From contig CAVPSB010000014.1 in assembly GCA_963708025.1 (NCBI GenBank), positions 320,001 through 384,000 of the forward strand: DNA of 64,000 nucleotides. The letters run 5' to 3'. The number at the start of each line of letters is the position of its first letter. Positions within the stretch are counted from its first letter, which is position 1. Shown here piece after piece: positions 51,254-61,149 of the stretch. Position numbers and translations under genes: made by a program. The notes under the pieces are model-generated. The model had not been told where the DNA came from and did no database searches. It worked only from the letters and a program-made list of their open reading frames with translations. The DNA comes from an uncultured Candidatus Rokubacteria bacterium. Its GTDB lineage: Bacteria; Methylomirabilota; Methylomirabilia; Rokubacteriales; DASRDR01.

Positions 51254-52468
51254 CTACCGGCGGTACATCGCGGCGTCCGAGTAGCCGGGGAGGCGGCCGG
51301 GCTCCCAGACGTGCCGGGCGGCGACGGCCTCGACGAGGTCGGCGCCCCAGCCGGGGCGGGTGGGGAGGAGCACGTGGCCGGCCTCGATCACCGGGGGCGC
51401 GTCGACCAGCTCGTCCTTCCACGGCACGTCGTCCACGTCGATCTCCATGATGCGCACGTTGGGCACGGTGGCGCAGAGGTGGAGCGAGTGGAGCGTGGAG
51501 AGGTGGCTGTAGTAGTTGTGGGGGGCGATGTTCAGCTCGAGGGTCTCGGCCAGGTGGGCGACCTTCCGGGACTCGCCGAAGCCGTTCCAGGGCACGTCGA
51601 CCATCACCACGTCCATCGCCCGGGCGTCGAGGTACGGCCGGTAGCCGCGGAGCCCGTAGAGGTTCTCCCCGGAGCAGATCGGGATGGTGGTGGCGTCCTT
51701 GACCTCGCGGAGCGCGGCCGGGTCGTAGAGATCCAGCTCGATCCACATCGGCTCGAGCGGCTCCAGGGCCTGGCAGATCCGGCGGACCGCCTCGGGCTTG
51801 AAGTTCATGTTGAGGTCGAGCGCGATGCCGACGTGGCGGCCGACCGCGCGGCGGAAGGTGCCGATCAGCGACTCCAGGTGGCGGAGCATCTCGCCGGTCA
51901 CGTTGCCGTCGGTGGTGCCGGGCCCGCCGCCGAAGCCCTCGAAGAAGACGCGGGCCGGGTCGCCCGGGTAGACGATGTTGGTCTTGAGCGCCGTGTAGCC
52001 GCGCCGGACGACCTCCTCGCCGAGACGGAAGACGTCGTCCAGGCTCCGCAGGGGCGGCACCCCGATGAGCGCGGCGTTCCCGGCCCGCGAGGTGCCGCAG
52101 TGGGACCAGTAGACGCGCTGCCGCTCGCGGAGCGGTCCGCCGAACAGCTCGTAGACGGGGACGCCGAGGGCCTTGGCCTTGACGTCCCACAGGGCCAGCT
52201 CGATCCCCGCGATGGCCTTGGCCGCCAGCCCGCCCGGGCTCTGGCGGGCCATCCGGTAGAGGTCCCAGTAGCGCAGCTCGACCGGCCGCGGGTCCTGACC
52301 CACCAGGATCGGCTCGAAGTCGCGCACCGCCCCCACCACGCCGTAGGGGTTGCGGCCGTCGGAGCACTCGCCGTAGCCGGTGAGGCCGGCGTCGGTCCGC
52401 ACCGCGACGAACTGCCAGGGCCGCCAGCCGGCGTCGACGACGAAGGTGTCGACTTTCGTGATCTTCAT
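51254..52468 (-). CDS. Mandelate racemase/muconate lactonizing enzyme family protein
   Basis: TDAGLTGYGE, IELALWDVKAKALGVPVYELFGG, GEN, APHNY. Confidence 0.9.
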   Translation of the reverse strand: MKITKVDTFVVDAGWRPWQFVAVRTDAGLTGYGECSDGRNPYGVVGAVRDFEPILVGQDPRPVELRYWDLYRMARQSPGGLAAKAIAGIELALWDVKAKALGVPVYELFGGPLRERQRVYWSHCGTSRAGNAALIGVPPLRSLDDVFRLGEEVVRRGYTALKTNIVYPGDPARVFFEGFGGGPGTTDGNVTGEMLRHLESLIGTFRRAVGRHVGIALDLNMNFKPEAVRRICQALEPLEPMWIELDLYDPAALREVKDATTIPICSGENLYGLRGYRPYLDARAMDVVMVDVPWNGFGESRKVAHLAETLELNIAPHNYYSHLSTLHSLHLCATVPNVRIMEIDVDDVPWKDELVDAPPVIEAGHVLLPTRPGWGADLVEAVAARHVWEPGRLPGYSDAAMYRR

Positions 52469-52477
52469 GGATGACCA

Positions 52478-52600
52478 TCAGGGGGGGAGTCCCAGCTACC
52501 GGATCGCCGGGACGCGCTCGGCCTGCGGCCGTTCGACGGCCTTCGGCCTTTGGGCGTCCGTCCCGTCCTTCCGGTGGTCCCCCCCTGGACCCCCCCACCT
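52478..52600. repeat. Different host hairpin element carrying the same 19-nt module
   Basis: Outer CAGGGGGGG/CCCCCCCTG, inner GGACGC/GCGTCC stems; module at 52535-52553. Confidence 0.7.
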
Positions 52601-52645
52601 GGGGGTTCCGGGCACCCGCCCCTCAGGCACTGGATCACTGCCGCA

Positions 52646-53407
52646 TCACACCCGGTAGACGTACTGCTTGCCGGGCTCGCGCTCGCAGTCGGGCGGGTAG
52701 CTCTTCCGCTTGTCGGCGTAGTAGCGGAGTCGGTGGTCCCCCTCGGAGGCGCGGTTGTACGTCACGTAGAGCACGCGTCGCGGCTCCGCGGTGAGGTTCG
52801 GCCCCGACCGGTGGGGGACGTAGGAGTCGAAGAACGCGACGTCGCCGGGCCGGGCCGGATACGCCACGAACTCCATCCCGCGCGTCTCCTCCTCGCTCAA
52901 GGGCGCCCACTCGCGGCCGACCAGGCCCCGGGAGTGGTGTCCGGCGGCCAGCTCCAGGCAGCCGTTCTCGGCGGTCGTCTCGTCGATCGCGACCAGCGCG
53001 GTGACGAAGAGCCGCGCGTAGACCGACCAGCCGGCCTGCTGGTCCTGGTGCGGCTTGAAGCCGTCGCCGCCGGGCATCTTGAAGTTGATCTTGTCCTTGA
53101 AGAGCACGGCCGGCTCGCCGAGCAGCTCGCCGACGCGGCCGGCGAGCTTGTCCCCGTCGAACATCGTCTTGAAGCCGGCGTGGTATGGATAGAAGTTCTC
53201 GATCCGGCTGATGAGCCGGCGACCGGGCTCGGTGAGGCTCGGCTCGCCGTAGACCATGTAGGTGCCGGGGACCTCGGGCCAACCCTGCACCTCGTCGGTC
53301 CAGGCCCGGAGCGCCGCCACCTCGCTGGCGTCGAACAGGCCGCCGACCACCAGGAAGCCGTCGCGCGCGTACCCGGCCCGCTCCTCGGCCGTGAAGGATC
53401 GAGGCAT
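52646..53407 (-). CDS. Fe(II)/2-oxoglutarate dioxygenase, PhyH family (PhnY-like)
   Basis: FKDKINFKMPGGDGFKPHQD, ENGCL, PHRSGPN, YYADKRKSYPPD. Confidence 0.85.
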   Translation of the reverse strand: MPRSFTAEERAGYARDGFLVVGGLFDASEVAALRAWTDEVQGWPEVPGTYMVYGEPSLTEPGRRLISRIENFYPYHAGFKTMFDGDKLAGRVGELLGEPAVLFKDKINFKMPGGDGFKPHQDQQAGWSVYARLFVTALVAIDETTAENGCLELAAGHHSRGLVGREWAPLSEEETRGMEFVAYPARPGDVAFFDSYVPHRSGPNLTAEPRRVLYVTYNRASEGDHRLRYYADKRKSYPPDCEREPGKQYVYRV

Positions 53408-53424
53408 GGCGTCGGCTCCTCTCC

Positions 53425-54399
53425 TCACGGCACCAGGACGACCTTGCCGTAGCTCTCCCGCTCGGCGATCGCCTTCATGCCGGCGGCGGCCTCGGGGAGC
53501 GGCCACGTGCGATAGATGACGGGCCGGACCTGCCCCTTTTCGTACATCGCGAACAGGGTGTCCATCCACTGGTCGATGAGCGGCGAGCCGCGGCGCTGGT
53601 AGAGCCCCCAGTGGACGCCGACGATGCTGATGTTCTTGAGCAGGATCCGGTTGGCGGCGATCGACGGGATCCGCCCCGCCGCGAAGCCGATCACGAGGAG
53701 CCGGCCGGCAAAGGCGATGCATTTCGTGGAGGCGTCGAAGACGTCGCCGCCGACGGGGTCGTAGACCACGTCGGCGCCCTCGCCGCCCGTCTCCGCCTTC
53801 ACCCGCTCCACCCAGTCCTCGGTCCGGTAGTCGATCAGCACGTCGGCGCCGGACTGCCGGGCGATGTCCAGCTTGGCCGCGGTGCTGGCGGTGGCGAGGA
53901 CCCGGGCGCCGAGCGCCTTGCCGATCTGGACGGCGGCCAGCCCGACCCCGCCCCCGGCCCCGTGCACCAGCAACGACTCGCCCGGCCGCAGGGCCGCCCG
54001 CTCGACCAGGGCGCAGTAGGAGGTCTGGTAGACGAGCCCGAAGGCCGCCGCCTCCGCGAAGCTCATCGCGTCGGGAATGACGAAGACGTGGCGGGCGGGG
54101 GCGGTGACCCGCTCGGCGTAACCCCCCCAGCCCAGCATGGCCAGGACCCGCTGGCCGGGTCTCACGCGCGTCACGCCGTCGCCCGTCTCCCGCACCACGC
54201 CCGCCACCTCGTGGCCCGGGCTGAACGGGAGCGGCGGCTTGACCTGGTACTTGCCCTGGACCATGAGGATGTCCGGGAAGTTGCACCCGATGGCCCGGGT
54301 CTCGACGAGCACCTCGCCCGGCTGGGGGCGCGGCTCCGGCGCCTCGCCGTAGACGAGCCCGGACGGCTCACACCACTGGTGCGCGATCATCGCCTTCAT
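53425..54399 (-). CDS. NADPH:quinone oxidoreductase (zeta-crystallin MDR)
   Basis: NFPDIL..QGKYQVKPPLPFSPG, HGAGGGVGLAAVQ, DPVGG, IGFAAG, GKVVL. Confidence 0.92.
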   Translation of the reverse strand: MKAMIAHQWCEPSGLVYGEAPEPRPQPGEVLVETRAIGCNFPDILMVQGKYQVKPPLPFSPGHEVAGVVRETGDGVTRVRPGQRVLAMLGWGGYAERVTAPARHVFVIPDAMSFAEAAAFGLVYQTSYCALVERAALRPGESLLVHGAGGGVGLAAVQIGKALGARVLATASTAAKLDIARQSGADVLIDYRTEDWVERVKAETGGEGADVVYDPVGGDVFDASTKCIAFAGRLLVIGFAAGRIPSIAANRILLKNISIVGVHWGLYQRRGSPLIDQWMDTLFAMYEKGQVRPVIYRTWPLPEAAAGMKAIAERESYGKVVLVP

Positions 54400-54517
54400 G
54401 GCTCCCGATGATACCGCAATTCCACCGGCGGGATCGTTCTCGGGTTGACCGGTCCCCGGCCCTGTGCCAGCATGAACTCGAGGCCGCTTGCGCGCTGCGT
54501 ACGCGGACGAGGTCGGG

Positions 54518-55990
54518 ATGGGGTTGCGAGTTCGTCTCCTGCTGCTCCTGGTGGTGCCGATGTGCGTGGCCATCGGCGGCTACGGGTTCGCGCGCCTGTG
54601 GCAGGAGGAGCGCCAGCTCCTGGCGGAGGAGCAGCTCCGGATGGAGGTCATGGCGACCGCCATCCAGGTCGCGGTCGAGAATGCGCTGCGCGACCGCCAG
54701 ATCTCGGACATCCGGCGCCTGCTGGCCGAGATCGTGTTCTTCCAGAACGAGATCGACCGCATCCGCATCTTCGACGCCACGCTCCAGCCCATCCTGGTGT
54801 CCAACCCGCTGGCCATCGGCGACGAGGTGCCGGAGCACGGGCTGCGGGAGGCGATGGCCGAGCGGCGCCCCGTCCAGTTCTTCCAGGAGAAGAACGGCCG
54901 GCGCGTCCTCTCCACGCTGGTGCCCCTGCGAGGCAATCGAGAGACCGTCCGCGGCGCGATGGAGATCCTCCGCTTCGCCGGCCACGTTGACGCGCGGATC
55001 GCCGCCGCCCGGGGGGAGGTCGTGCTCCGCATCGGGATGCTGGCCGGGATCCTGGCTCTCCTGATCTGGGTCGGCGTGCGGCAGACCGTCGTCGTCCCGA
55101 TCCGCGGGCTGATGGCCGGCGTCAACGCCCTCGCCGCTGGCCGGCCGGTCTCCCTGCCCGCCCGCGGTCGCCACGAGTTCGCCCGCCTGGCCCGCGCGTT
55201 CAACGACATGGCAGGCCGCCTCGCCGAGGCGCACCGGCGGCTGGTCACGGAGGCCGAGGCGCGACTGGACCTGGCGCGCCAGGTGCGGCAGGCCGAGCAG
55301 CTCGCGGTGGCCGGGCGGATCGCCTCCGAGATGGCCCACGAGATCGGCACGCCGCTGAACATCATCTCGGGCCGGGCCGAGTACGTGCTGCGGGACCTGC
55401 CGCCGGGTCATCCCGCCGCCACCCACCTCCAGACGATCGTCGCCCAGATCGACCGGATCAGCGGCATCATCGCCTCGCTCCTCGACCTCGTCCGGCCGCG
55501 CAAGGCCGAGGTTCAGGACGTCGAGCTGTCGGCCCTGATCGGAGCGGTCCTCGACCTGCTCCAGCCGACGGCCCGCAAGAAGGGTGTGACGCTGACCACG
55601 GACCTCGCGCGGGAGCCCTCCGTCAGGGCCGATCCGAACCAGCTCCAGCAGGTCGCCATCAACCTGCTGGTGAACGCGCTGGAGGCGACGCCGGCCGGCG
55701 GGCAGGTGGTGGTCAGGGCTCGCCCGGCCCCGGGGGCGGCCGAGCAGCCCGGCGTCGAGCTGGCGGTGGCCGACTCCGGCAGCGGCATCCGGCCCGAGGA
55801 TCTGCCGCGGGTCTTCGATCCGTTCTTCACGACCAAGCCGCCGGGGCAGGGGACGGGGCTCGGGCTCGCCATCTGTCGCGAGATCGTGCTGGAGCACGGC
55901 GGCCACATCGAGGTGGCCAGCGAGCCGGGCGCCGGGACAACCGTGCGCGTCTGGCTGCCGGCCGCCGCGCCGGCGCTTTCCGGGCCCTGA
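54518..55990 (+). CDS. HAMP sensor histidine kinase
   Basis: AHEIGTPL, QVAINLLVNA, DSGSGI, FDPFFTTK, GTGLGL. Confidence 0.93.
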   Translation: MGLRVRLLLLLVVPMCVAIGGYGFARLWQEERQLLAEEQLRMEVMATAIQVAVENALRDRQISDIRRLLAEIVFFQNEIDRIRIFDATLQPILVSNPLAIGDEVPEHGLREAMAERRPVQFFQEKNGRRVLSTLVPLRGNRETVRGAMEILRFAGHVDARIAAARGEVVLRIGMLAGILALLIWVGVRQTVVVPIRGLMAGVNALAAGRPVSLPARGRHEFARLARAFNDMAGRLAEAHRRLVTEAEARLDLARQVRQAEQLAVAGRIASEMAHEIGTPLNIISGRAEYVLRDLPPGHPAATHLQTIVAQIDRISGIIASLLDLVRPRKAEVQDVELSALIGAVLDLLQPTARKKGVTLTTDLAREPSVRADPNQLQQVAINLLVNALEATPAGGQVVVRARPAPGAAEQPGVELAVADSGSGIRPEDLPRVFDPFFTTKPPGQGTGLGLAICREIVLEHGGHIEVASEPGAGTTVRVWLPAAAPALSGP

Positions 55991-56000
55991 GAGGCGATCG

Positions 56001-56363
56001 ATGACCCGTCCCATCGTTCTCGTGGAGGACGACCCGGAGATGCGGGCGATTCTCCGGGACTACCTCGGGGGGGCGGGCTTCCGGGTCCAGGAAGCGGCCG
56101 ACGCCGAGGCGCTGTTCGCCCTCGTCCCGCCGGTGGAGCCGGCCGCGGTCATCCTCGATCACGAGCTGCCGGGCGAGTGGGGTCTGGAGATCCTGCCCGC
56201 GCTCCGCCGGCGCCTTCCCGACATCCCGGTGATCGTGGTCACCGCCTTCGGCGGGCCGCGCCTCCGCGCGACGGCCGAGAAGCTCGGCGCCGCGGCGTAC
56301 CTCGACAAGCCGTTCCGCATGGCGGAGCTGCTGGCCGTCCTCCAGCAGGTGGTCGCCCCATGA
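56001..56363 (+). CDS. Single-domain response regulator
   Basis: VEDD, ILD, VTAFG, KPF. Confidence 0.88.
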   Translation: MTRPIVLVEDDPEMRAILRDYLGGAGFRVQEAADAEALFALVPPVEPAAVILDHELPGEWGLEILPALRRRLPDIPVIVVTAFGGPRLRATAEKLGAAAYLDKPFRMAELLAVLQQVVAP

Positions 56364-56532
56364 GCTGGCGCGGGCCGATACCCGTCGCATCCCGTCGTCC
56401 TCGGTCGTCGGCGGGCCTCAACGTATGCGGCATACGCCTCGGCCCGCCTCCTCCCTGCGTCCTAGGGCTGCTCGGGTCTCGGCCCGCTACCATTCCGGCG
56501 TTTTCTGCCATGACCGACCCGATGGGGGCCCC

Positions 56533-56928
56533 ATGACCCTCCCGACCATCCTCATCGTCGACGACGACCTGGAGATGCGGGCCATGCTGAGGGACGTGCT
56601 GGTGAGGTCCGGCTTCCACGTCGAGGAGGCGGCGAGCAGCGACGAGCTGCTGGCGCTCGCCCCGCGGGTGGAGCCGGCGGTGATCATTCTCGACCACGAG
56701 ATGCCGGGGGACTGGGGGCTGGAGGTGCTGCCGACCCTCCGGAAGACCCATCCCGAGGTGGCGGTGGTCTTCACCACGGCGTTCGGCGGCCCGACGATGT
56801 GGGAGACCGCGACACGGGCGGGCGCGGCGGCCTGCCTCTCCAAGCCCTTCCGGGTGGGCGACCTGCTGGCCACGGTCCGCCGCGTGCTGGCTGCCGACTC
56901 GCTCGACTGCGACCTGTCCGCCTCCTGA
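56533..56928 (+). CDS. Single-domain response regulator (paralog of 56001-56363)
   Basis: VDDD, ILD, TTAFG, KPF. Confidence 0.88.
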   Translation: MTLPTILIVDDDLEMRAMLRDVLVRSGFHVEEAASSDELLALAPRVEPAVIILDHEMPGDWGLEVLPTLRKTHPEVAVVFTTAFGGPTMWETATRAGAAACLSKPFRVGDLLATVRRVLAADSLDCDLSAS

Positions 56929-57043
56929 TTCGCTGGCGTCCCCCTCTGCCGCCACCAAGGATGCCCTCCTGCGGTCAGAGGGGCCGACGAGCGACGTTGA
57001 ACGCCCGGCGAAGCCACCTGGGCGTCCGCCAGCCGGAGCAGCC

Positions 57044-58705
57044 ATGGAGCATGAGGCGACCCTTCTTCGCGACATCGCGCTGGGCATCATTTTCGCCGTA
57101 GCCGCGGCCCACCTGGCTCGGCTCGCGCGGCAGCCGCTGATCCTGGGCTACATCGCCGGCGGCGTGTTGCTGAGCGGCCAGGTCGGCTTCGGGCTGGTGA
57201 CCAGCGCGGCGAGTGTCGAGCTGATCTCGGAGATCGGCCTGATCCTCCTGCTCTTCATCATCGGCCTGGAGATCGACCTGCGGGAGCTCTACCGCATGGG
57301 CCGGTCGCTGGTGGCGCTGGGGGTCGGCCAGTTCGTCGTCAACGCGCTCCTGGGGCTGGCGTTCTTCGCCCAGCTCGGTTACGGGATGGGCGGTGGCCGC
57401 TTCGACCTGCTCTACCTGGCGGTGGTGACCTCGCTCAGCTCGACGCTGATCGTCGTGAAGCTGCTCCGGGACAAGTTCCAGCTCAAGACGGTCTCGGGCC
57501 GGCTGACGCTCGCGGTCCTCGTGTTCCAGGACATCTGGGCGATCCTCTTCATGGCGCTGCAGCCCAACCTGAGGGATCCGGCGGTGCTGACGATCGCGCG
57601 GTCGGCCGGCGCCGGCGTCCTGCTGGTCGCCGTCGCGTTCCTGTGCAGCCGGCACGTCCTGGCCCGGCTCTTCCACGCCGCCGCCCGCCGTCCGGAGCTG
57701 GTGCTGCTCACCTCGGTGGCCTGGTGCTTCGTCGTCAGCGGGACCGCCCAGTACCTCGGGCTCTCGCGCGAGATGGGCGCCCTCATCGCCGGCGTCAGCG
57801 TCTCGGCGTTCCCCTACGGCTCGGACGTCATCCCCAAGATCGCCGGGGTCCGGGACTTCTTCGTCACGCTGTTCTTCGTGGCGCTCGGCATGAAGGTGCC
57901 GCTGCCCACCGGGGCCCTCCTGCTCGAGTCGGGCCTCATCGTGCTCTTCGTCCTCGCCAGTCGATTCATCGCGGTGGTCCCCGCCGTGTCCCTGCTGGGC
58001 GAGGGCCTCGGGGCCGGGATCGTCAGCGCGCTCAACCTCTCCCAGATCAGCGAGTTCTCGCAGGTGATCCTGACCCTCGGCGCCGGCTACGGCCACGTGT
58101 CGGAGCGGCTGGAGTCGGTCGTCCTGACGGCCATGATCCTGGCGTCGCTGGTGTCAACCTACGTCATCCAGTACAACGACCGCATCGCCCGGCTTCTCCT
58201 CCGGCTCCTGCGGGGGCTGGGGCTGCGCGAGCGGCGGGAGGTGGAGGCGGGGGAGACCGTGGAGAAAGGGGTCCGGGACATCGTGCTCCTCGGCCACTAC
58301 CGGATCGCCCAGGCGCTCCTCGACGTCGTGGAGGAGCGGGCGCCGAAGCTCAAGGAGCGGATCACCCTGGTGGACTACAACGCCAACCTGGGACGGCGGG
58401 TGCTGGCGCGGGGATTCCACTGGGCGTACGGCGACCTGGCGCATCCGGACTCGCTGGAGCACGCGGGGATCGAGCACGCGCGGATCATCGTGTGCACGAT
58501 CTCGGACACCTGGCTCAAGGGCATCAGCGCGCGCCGGCTCCTGGCGAACCTCAAGAAGCTGGCGCCCGAGGCGAAGATCGTGATGACGGGCGAGGAGAAG
58601 ACGGACTGGGAGGACCTGACGAAGGCCGGGGCGGACCACGTGCTGGTCCCCGGCGCGATCACGGGCGAGCGGATCTTCCAGCTCCTCTCCGAAGACCTGA
58701 TGTAG
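57044..58705 (+). CDS. CPA2 cation:proton antiporter with TrkA-N/KTN domain (Kef-like)
   Basis: ILGYIAGG, LFIIGLE, SLSST, LVFQD, SQISEFS, YGD. Confidence 0.92.
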   Translation: MEHEATLLRDIALGIIFAVAAAHLARLARQPLILGYIAGGVLLSGQVGFGLVTSAASVELISEIGLILLLFIIGLEIDLRELYRMGRSLVALGVGQFVVNALLGLAFFAQLGYGMGGGRFDLLYLAVVTSLSSTLIVVKLLRDKFQLKTVSGRLTLAVLVFQDIWAILFMALQPNLRDPAVLTIARSAGAGVLLVAVAFLCSRHVLARLFHAAARRPELVLLTSVAWCFVVSGTAQYLGLSREMGALIAGVSVSAFPYGSDVIPKIAGVRDFFVTLFFVALGMKVPLPTGALLLESGLIVLFVLASRFIAVVPAVSLLGEGLGAGIVSALNLSQISEFSQVILTLGAGYGHVSERLESVVLTAMILASLVSTYVIQYNDRIARLLLRLLRGLGLRERREVEAGETVEKGVRDIVLLGHYRIAQALLDVVEERAPKLKERITLVDYNANLGRRVLARGFHWAYGDLAHPDSLEHAGIEHARIIVCTISDTWLKGISARRLLANLKKLAPEAKIVMTGEEKTDWEDLTKAGADHVLVPGAITGERIFQLLSEDLM

Positions 58706-58757
58706 CGCGGGGGGCCGGCCCGAGCGGCCGGTGGCCGGTCCGACCCCCCCGAAGGAT

Positions 58758-59759
58758 CTACGCGACGTTCGGCGTGATGGCGGTCTTGAGGCCGTGGCCA
58801 GCCGTCGCGTGGGCGAAGGCCTCGGCGATGCGCTCGAGCGGGAATCGGGCGGTGATGAGCCCCGCGGCGCCGAGTCGCGGCAGGAAGGCCAGCGCGCGCC
58901 GGAACGCGGCGCCCCGGCCGTAGGCGCCGAGGAGCGTCAGCTCCCGGAAGTGGAAGTCGAAGAGGTCCGCGGGGAGCCGGCTGCCGGGTGGGTTGACGCC
59001 GACGAGCTGGACGATCCCGCGCGGTCGGGTCAGCGCGATGGCCTGGCCGAGCAGCTCGGGCTTGCCCACCGCCTCGCAGGCCACGTGGACGCCCCGACCG
59101 CCCGTCACCCGCGCCACCACGTCCCGCAGCTCCTCGCGCGTCGGATCGACCACCACCTGGGCGCCCAGCCGTCCGGCCAGCTCGCGCCGCTCGGGCAGGG
59201 GGTCGGAGAGGATCGCGGTGGCGGCGCCCCGCGCCCGGGCCAGCGCGAGGGTGAGGAGGCCCATGATGCCGCCGCCGATGACCAGCACGGTGGCGTCCTT
59301 CGGCATGCGGAACGTCTCGAGGCCCGCCAGGCAGCAGGCCGCCGGCTCGGCGAGGGCGGCGGTGGCGGGATCGAGCCCGTTGGGCAGGAGGTGCGCGTTG
59401 CGCCTCGGGAGGACGACGCGCTCCGCGAAGCCGCCGACCCGCGTGCACCGCGCGCACTGGCTGTCGCGGCCGGCCCGGCACTCGTCGCAGGCGCCGCAGC
59501 CGTAGTTCGGCTCGCACGCCACCACCTGCTGCAACAGGCCGCGGCTCACCCCCTTGCCGACGCCGACCACGACCCCGCTGTACTCGTGGCCCATGACCCG
59601 GGGCGGGGTGACCGGGAACAGCCCCTGGGTGGCGTGGACGTCCGAGCCGCAGATGCCGGCGGTGTGGATGGCGACGAGCACCTCGCCAGGTCCCGGGGAC
59701 GGCTCGGGCGCCTCGTCGAGGGTGAAGCGGGCCTCGCCTCGCCAGGTCGCGACTTTCAT
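58758..59759 (-). CDS. Zinc-binding alcohol dehydrogenase (threonine/sorbitol DH-like)
   Basis: GICGSD, GHEY, CGACDECRAGRDSQC, AEP, GGGIMG. Confidence 0.92.
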   Translation of the reverse strand: MKVATWRGEARFTLDEAPEPSPGPGEVLVAIHTAGICGSDVHATQGLFPVTPPRVMGHEYSGVVVGVGKGVSRGLLQQVVACEPNYGCGACDECRAGRDSQCARCTRVGGFAERVVLPRRNAHLLPNGLDPATAALAEPAACCLAGLETFRMPKDATVLVIGGGIMGLLTLALARARGAATAILSDPLPERRELAGRLGAQVVVDPTREELRDVVARVTGGRGVHVACEAVGKPELLGQAIALTRPRGIVQLVGVNPPGSRLPADLFDFHFRELTLLGAYGRGAAFRRALAFLPRLGAAGLITARFPLERIAEAFAHATAGHGLKTAITPNVA

Positions 59760-59780
59760 GACAGCCTCCAGGGTATTACT

Positions 59781-59897
59781 GTTCGGGACCTCCCGGCCAC
59801 CCGATCCTTCGACGGCCTTCGGCCTTTGGCCGACGGCCTTCGGCCTTTGGCCCGTTGGACGGCCTTCGGCCTTTGGCCGGGGGAGGGGGGCGCCGGA
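59781..59897 (+). repeat. Family-A REP-like element with three tandem 19-nt modules
   Basis: Modules at 59811-59829, 59832-59850 and 59858-59876. Confidence 0.88.
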
Positions 59898-59902
59898 CGC
59901 CC

Positions 59903-61138
59903 TCAGCGGCGTGCCCACATCGGCCCGCCGGCAGTGGTCACCATCCGCGAGGCGACCGGCGCCATGAGGAGCACGGCCAGCCCGGCCCCCGTGGCGGTTG
60001 CCCATTGCGCGCCGGCCAGGCTGGCGAAGACGCCGATCCAGAGGGCCCCGATCGGCTGCGTTCCGATGCAGGCCGAGAGGAGTCCCATCACCCGGCCGCG
60101 CAGCCGCTCGGGGGCGTTGAGCAGGACGATCGTGCTCTGCATGGTGCCGAAGCCCGCCTCGGCCAGGCCGATGGCAAGCTGGAGCCAGAGGGAGAGCAGG
60201 AACCACGGCGAGAGCGCGAAGACCAGGACGAGCGCCGCCGCCGCGAGCGAGCCGATCGCGAACACGGCGCCGTGGTGGCCCGGCCCGCGCCCGCCGGCGA
60301 TCACCAGCGAGCCGAGCAGGGCGCCCAGCCCCTCGCTCGAGACCAGGAGCCCGAGCTGCGCCGGTCCCACGGCGAGGACATCGCGGGCGAAGACCGACAG
60401 GATGTGCTGGTAGGGGAAGACCAGCCCGTTCATCAGCACGGTGATCAGCAGCACCGCCCGGATCGTGGGCTGGGCGCGCACCTCCCGCAGCCCGGCGGCC
60501 AGCCCGGCGGCGACGGACTCGCCGGTGGCGGTGCCCGGGAGCCGGACGCGGCGGGTCAGCCGGATCATCTGGGCGAGCGCGAGGACGTAGAGGAGGACGA
60601 GGACCGCGTAGCAGGCGGCGGTCCCCAGCCGGGCAAGCAGCAGGCCGCCGATAACGGGGCCGAGGACCTTGGTGCCCTGCAGCGAGACGCTGTCGAGCGA
60701 GATGGCGTTGGTCAGGCGGTCGGCGCCGACCAGGGTGTAGACGGCCGTGCGCCGGGACGGGAAGTCGATGGCCCAGGCGATCCCGAGCAGGACCTCCAGG
60801 AGCACGAGGTGGCCGAACCGGCCGACGCCGGTCCCGAACAGGACGAGCAGGACGGCGGTCGCCGCCAGGTTCAAGGTCTGGACCGTGATCATCACCCGGC
60901 CCCGATCGAAGCGATCCGCGAGCAGCCCGGCGACGGGTCCCAGCGCCATCATGGGGGCCGCCCGGCAGAAGGCGGCCAGGCCGACCATGAGCGGCGAGTT
61001 GGTCAGCTCGAGGGCCAGCCACCCGAGGACCAGGAAGTCGAGCCAGCGGGCGGTGTTCACGCAGAGGCCGGCGAGCCAGAGCTGGCGGTAGCGGGGCTCC
61101 TGCAGCGCCGCCAGCACCGCGGGCCGGGCGCCGTTCAC
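59903..61138 (-). CDS. MFS transporter
   Basis: GLLADRFDRGRV motif A, PSRR, LRGRVMG; many TM helices. Confidence 0.9.
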   Translation of the reverse strand: MNGARPAVLAALQEPRYRQLWLAGLCVNTARWLDFLVLGWLALELTNSPLMVGLAAFCRAAPMMALGPVAGLLADRFDRGRVMITVQTLNLAATAVLLVLFGTGVGRFGHLVLLEVLLGIAWAIDFPSRRTAVYTLVGADRLTNAISLDSVSLQGTKVLGPVIGGLLLARLGTAACYAVLVLLYVLALAQMIRLTRRVRLPGTATGESVAAGLAAGLREVRAQPTIRAVLLITVLMNGLVFPYQHILSVFARDVLAVGPAQLGLLVSSEGLGALLGSLVIAGGRGPGHHGAVFAIGSLAAAALVLVFALSPWFLLSLWLQLAIGLAEAGFGTMQSTIVLLNAPERLRGRVMGLLSACIGTQPIGALWIGVFASLAGAQWATATGAGLAVLLMAPVASRMVTTAGGPMWARR

Positions 61139-61149
61139 GGGGCGGTGGG

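Noticed and set aside
59811-59876. Tandem 19-nt repeats as a CRISPR array
   Set aside because: Spacers are only 2-7 nt, the repeat is too short, and there are no cas genes.
58758-61022. 754-aa extended dehydrogenase
   Set aside because: The extension is an alternative frame of the MFS gene plus the repeat; the real start is 59759 with a GGAGG RBS.
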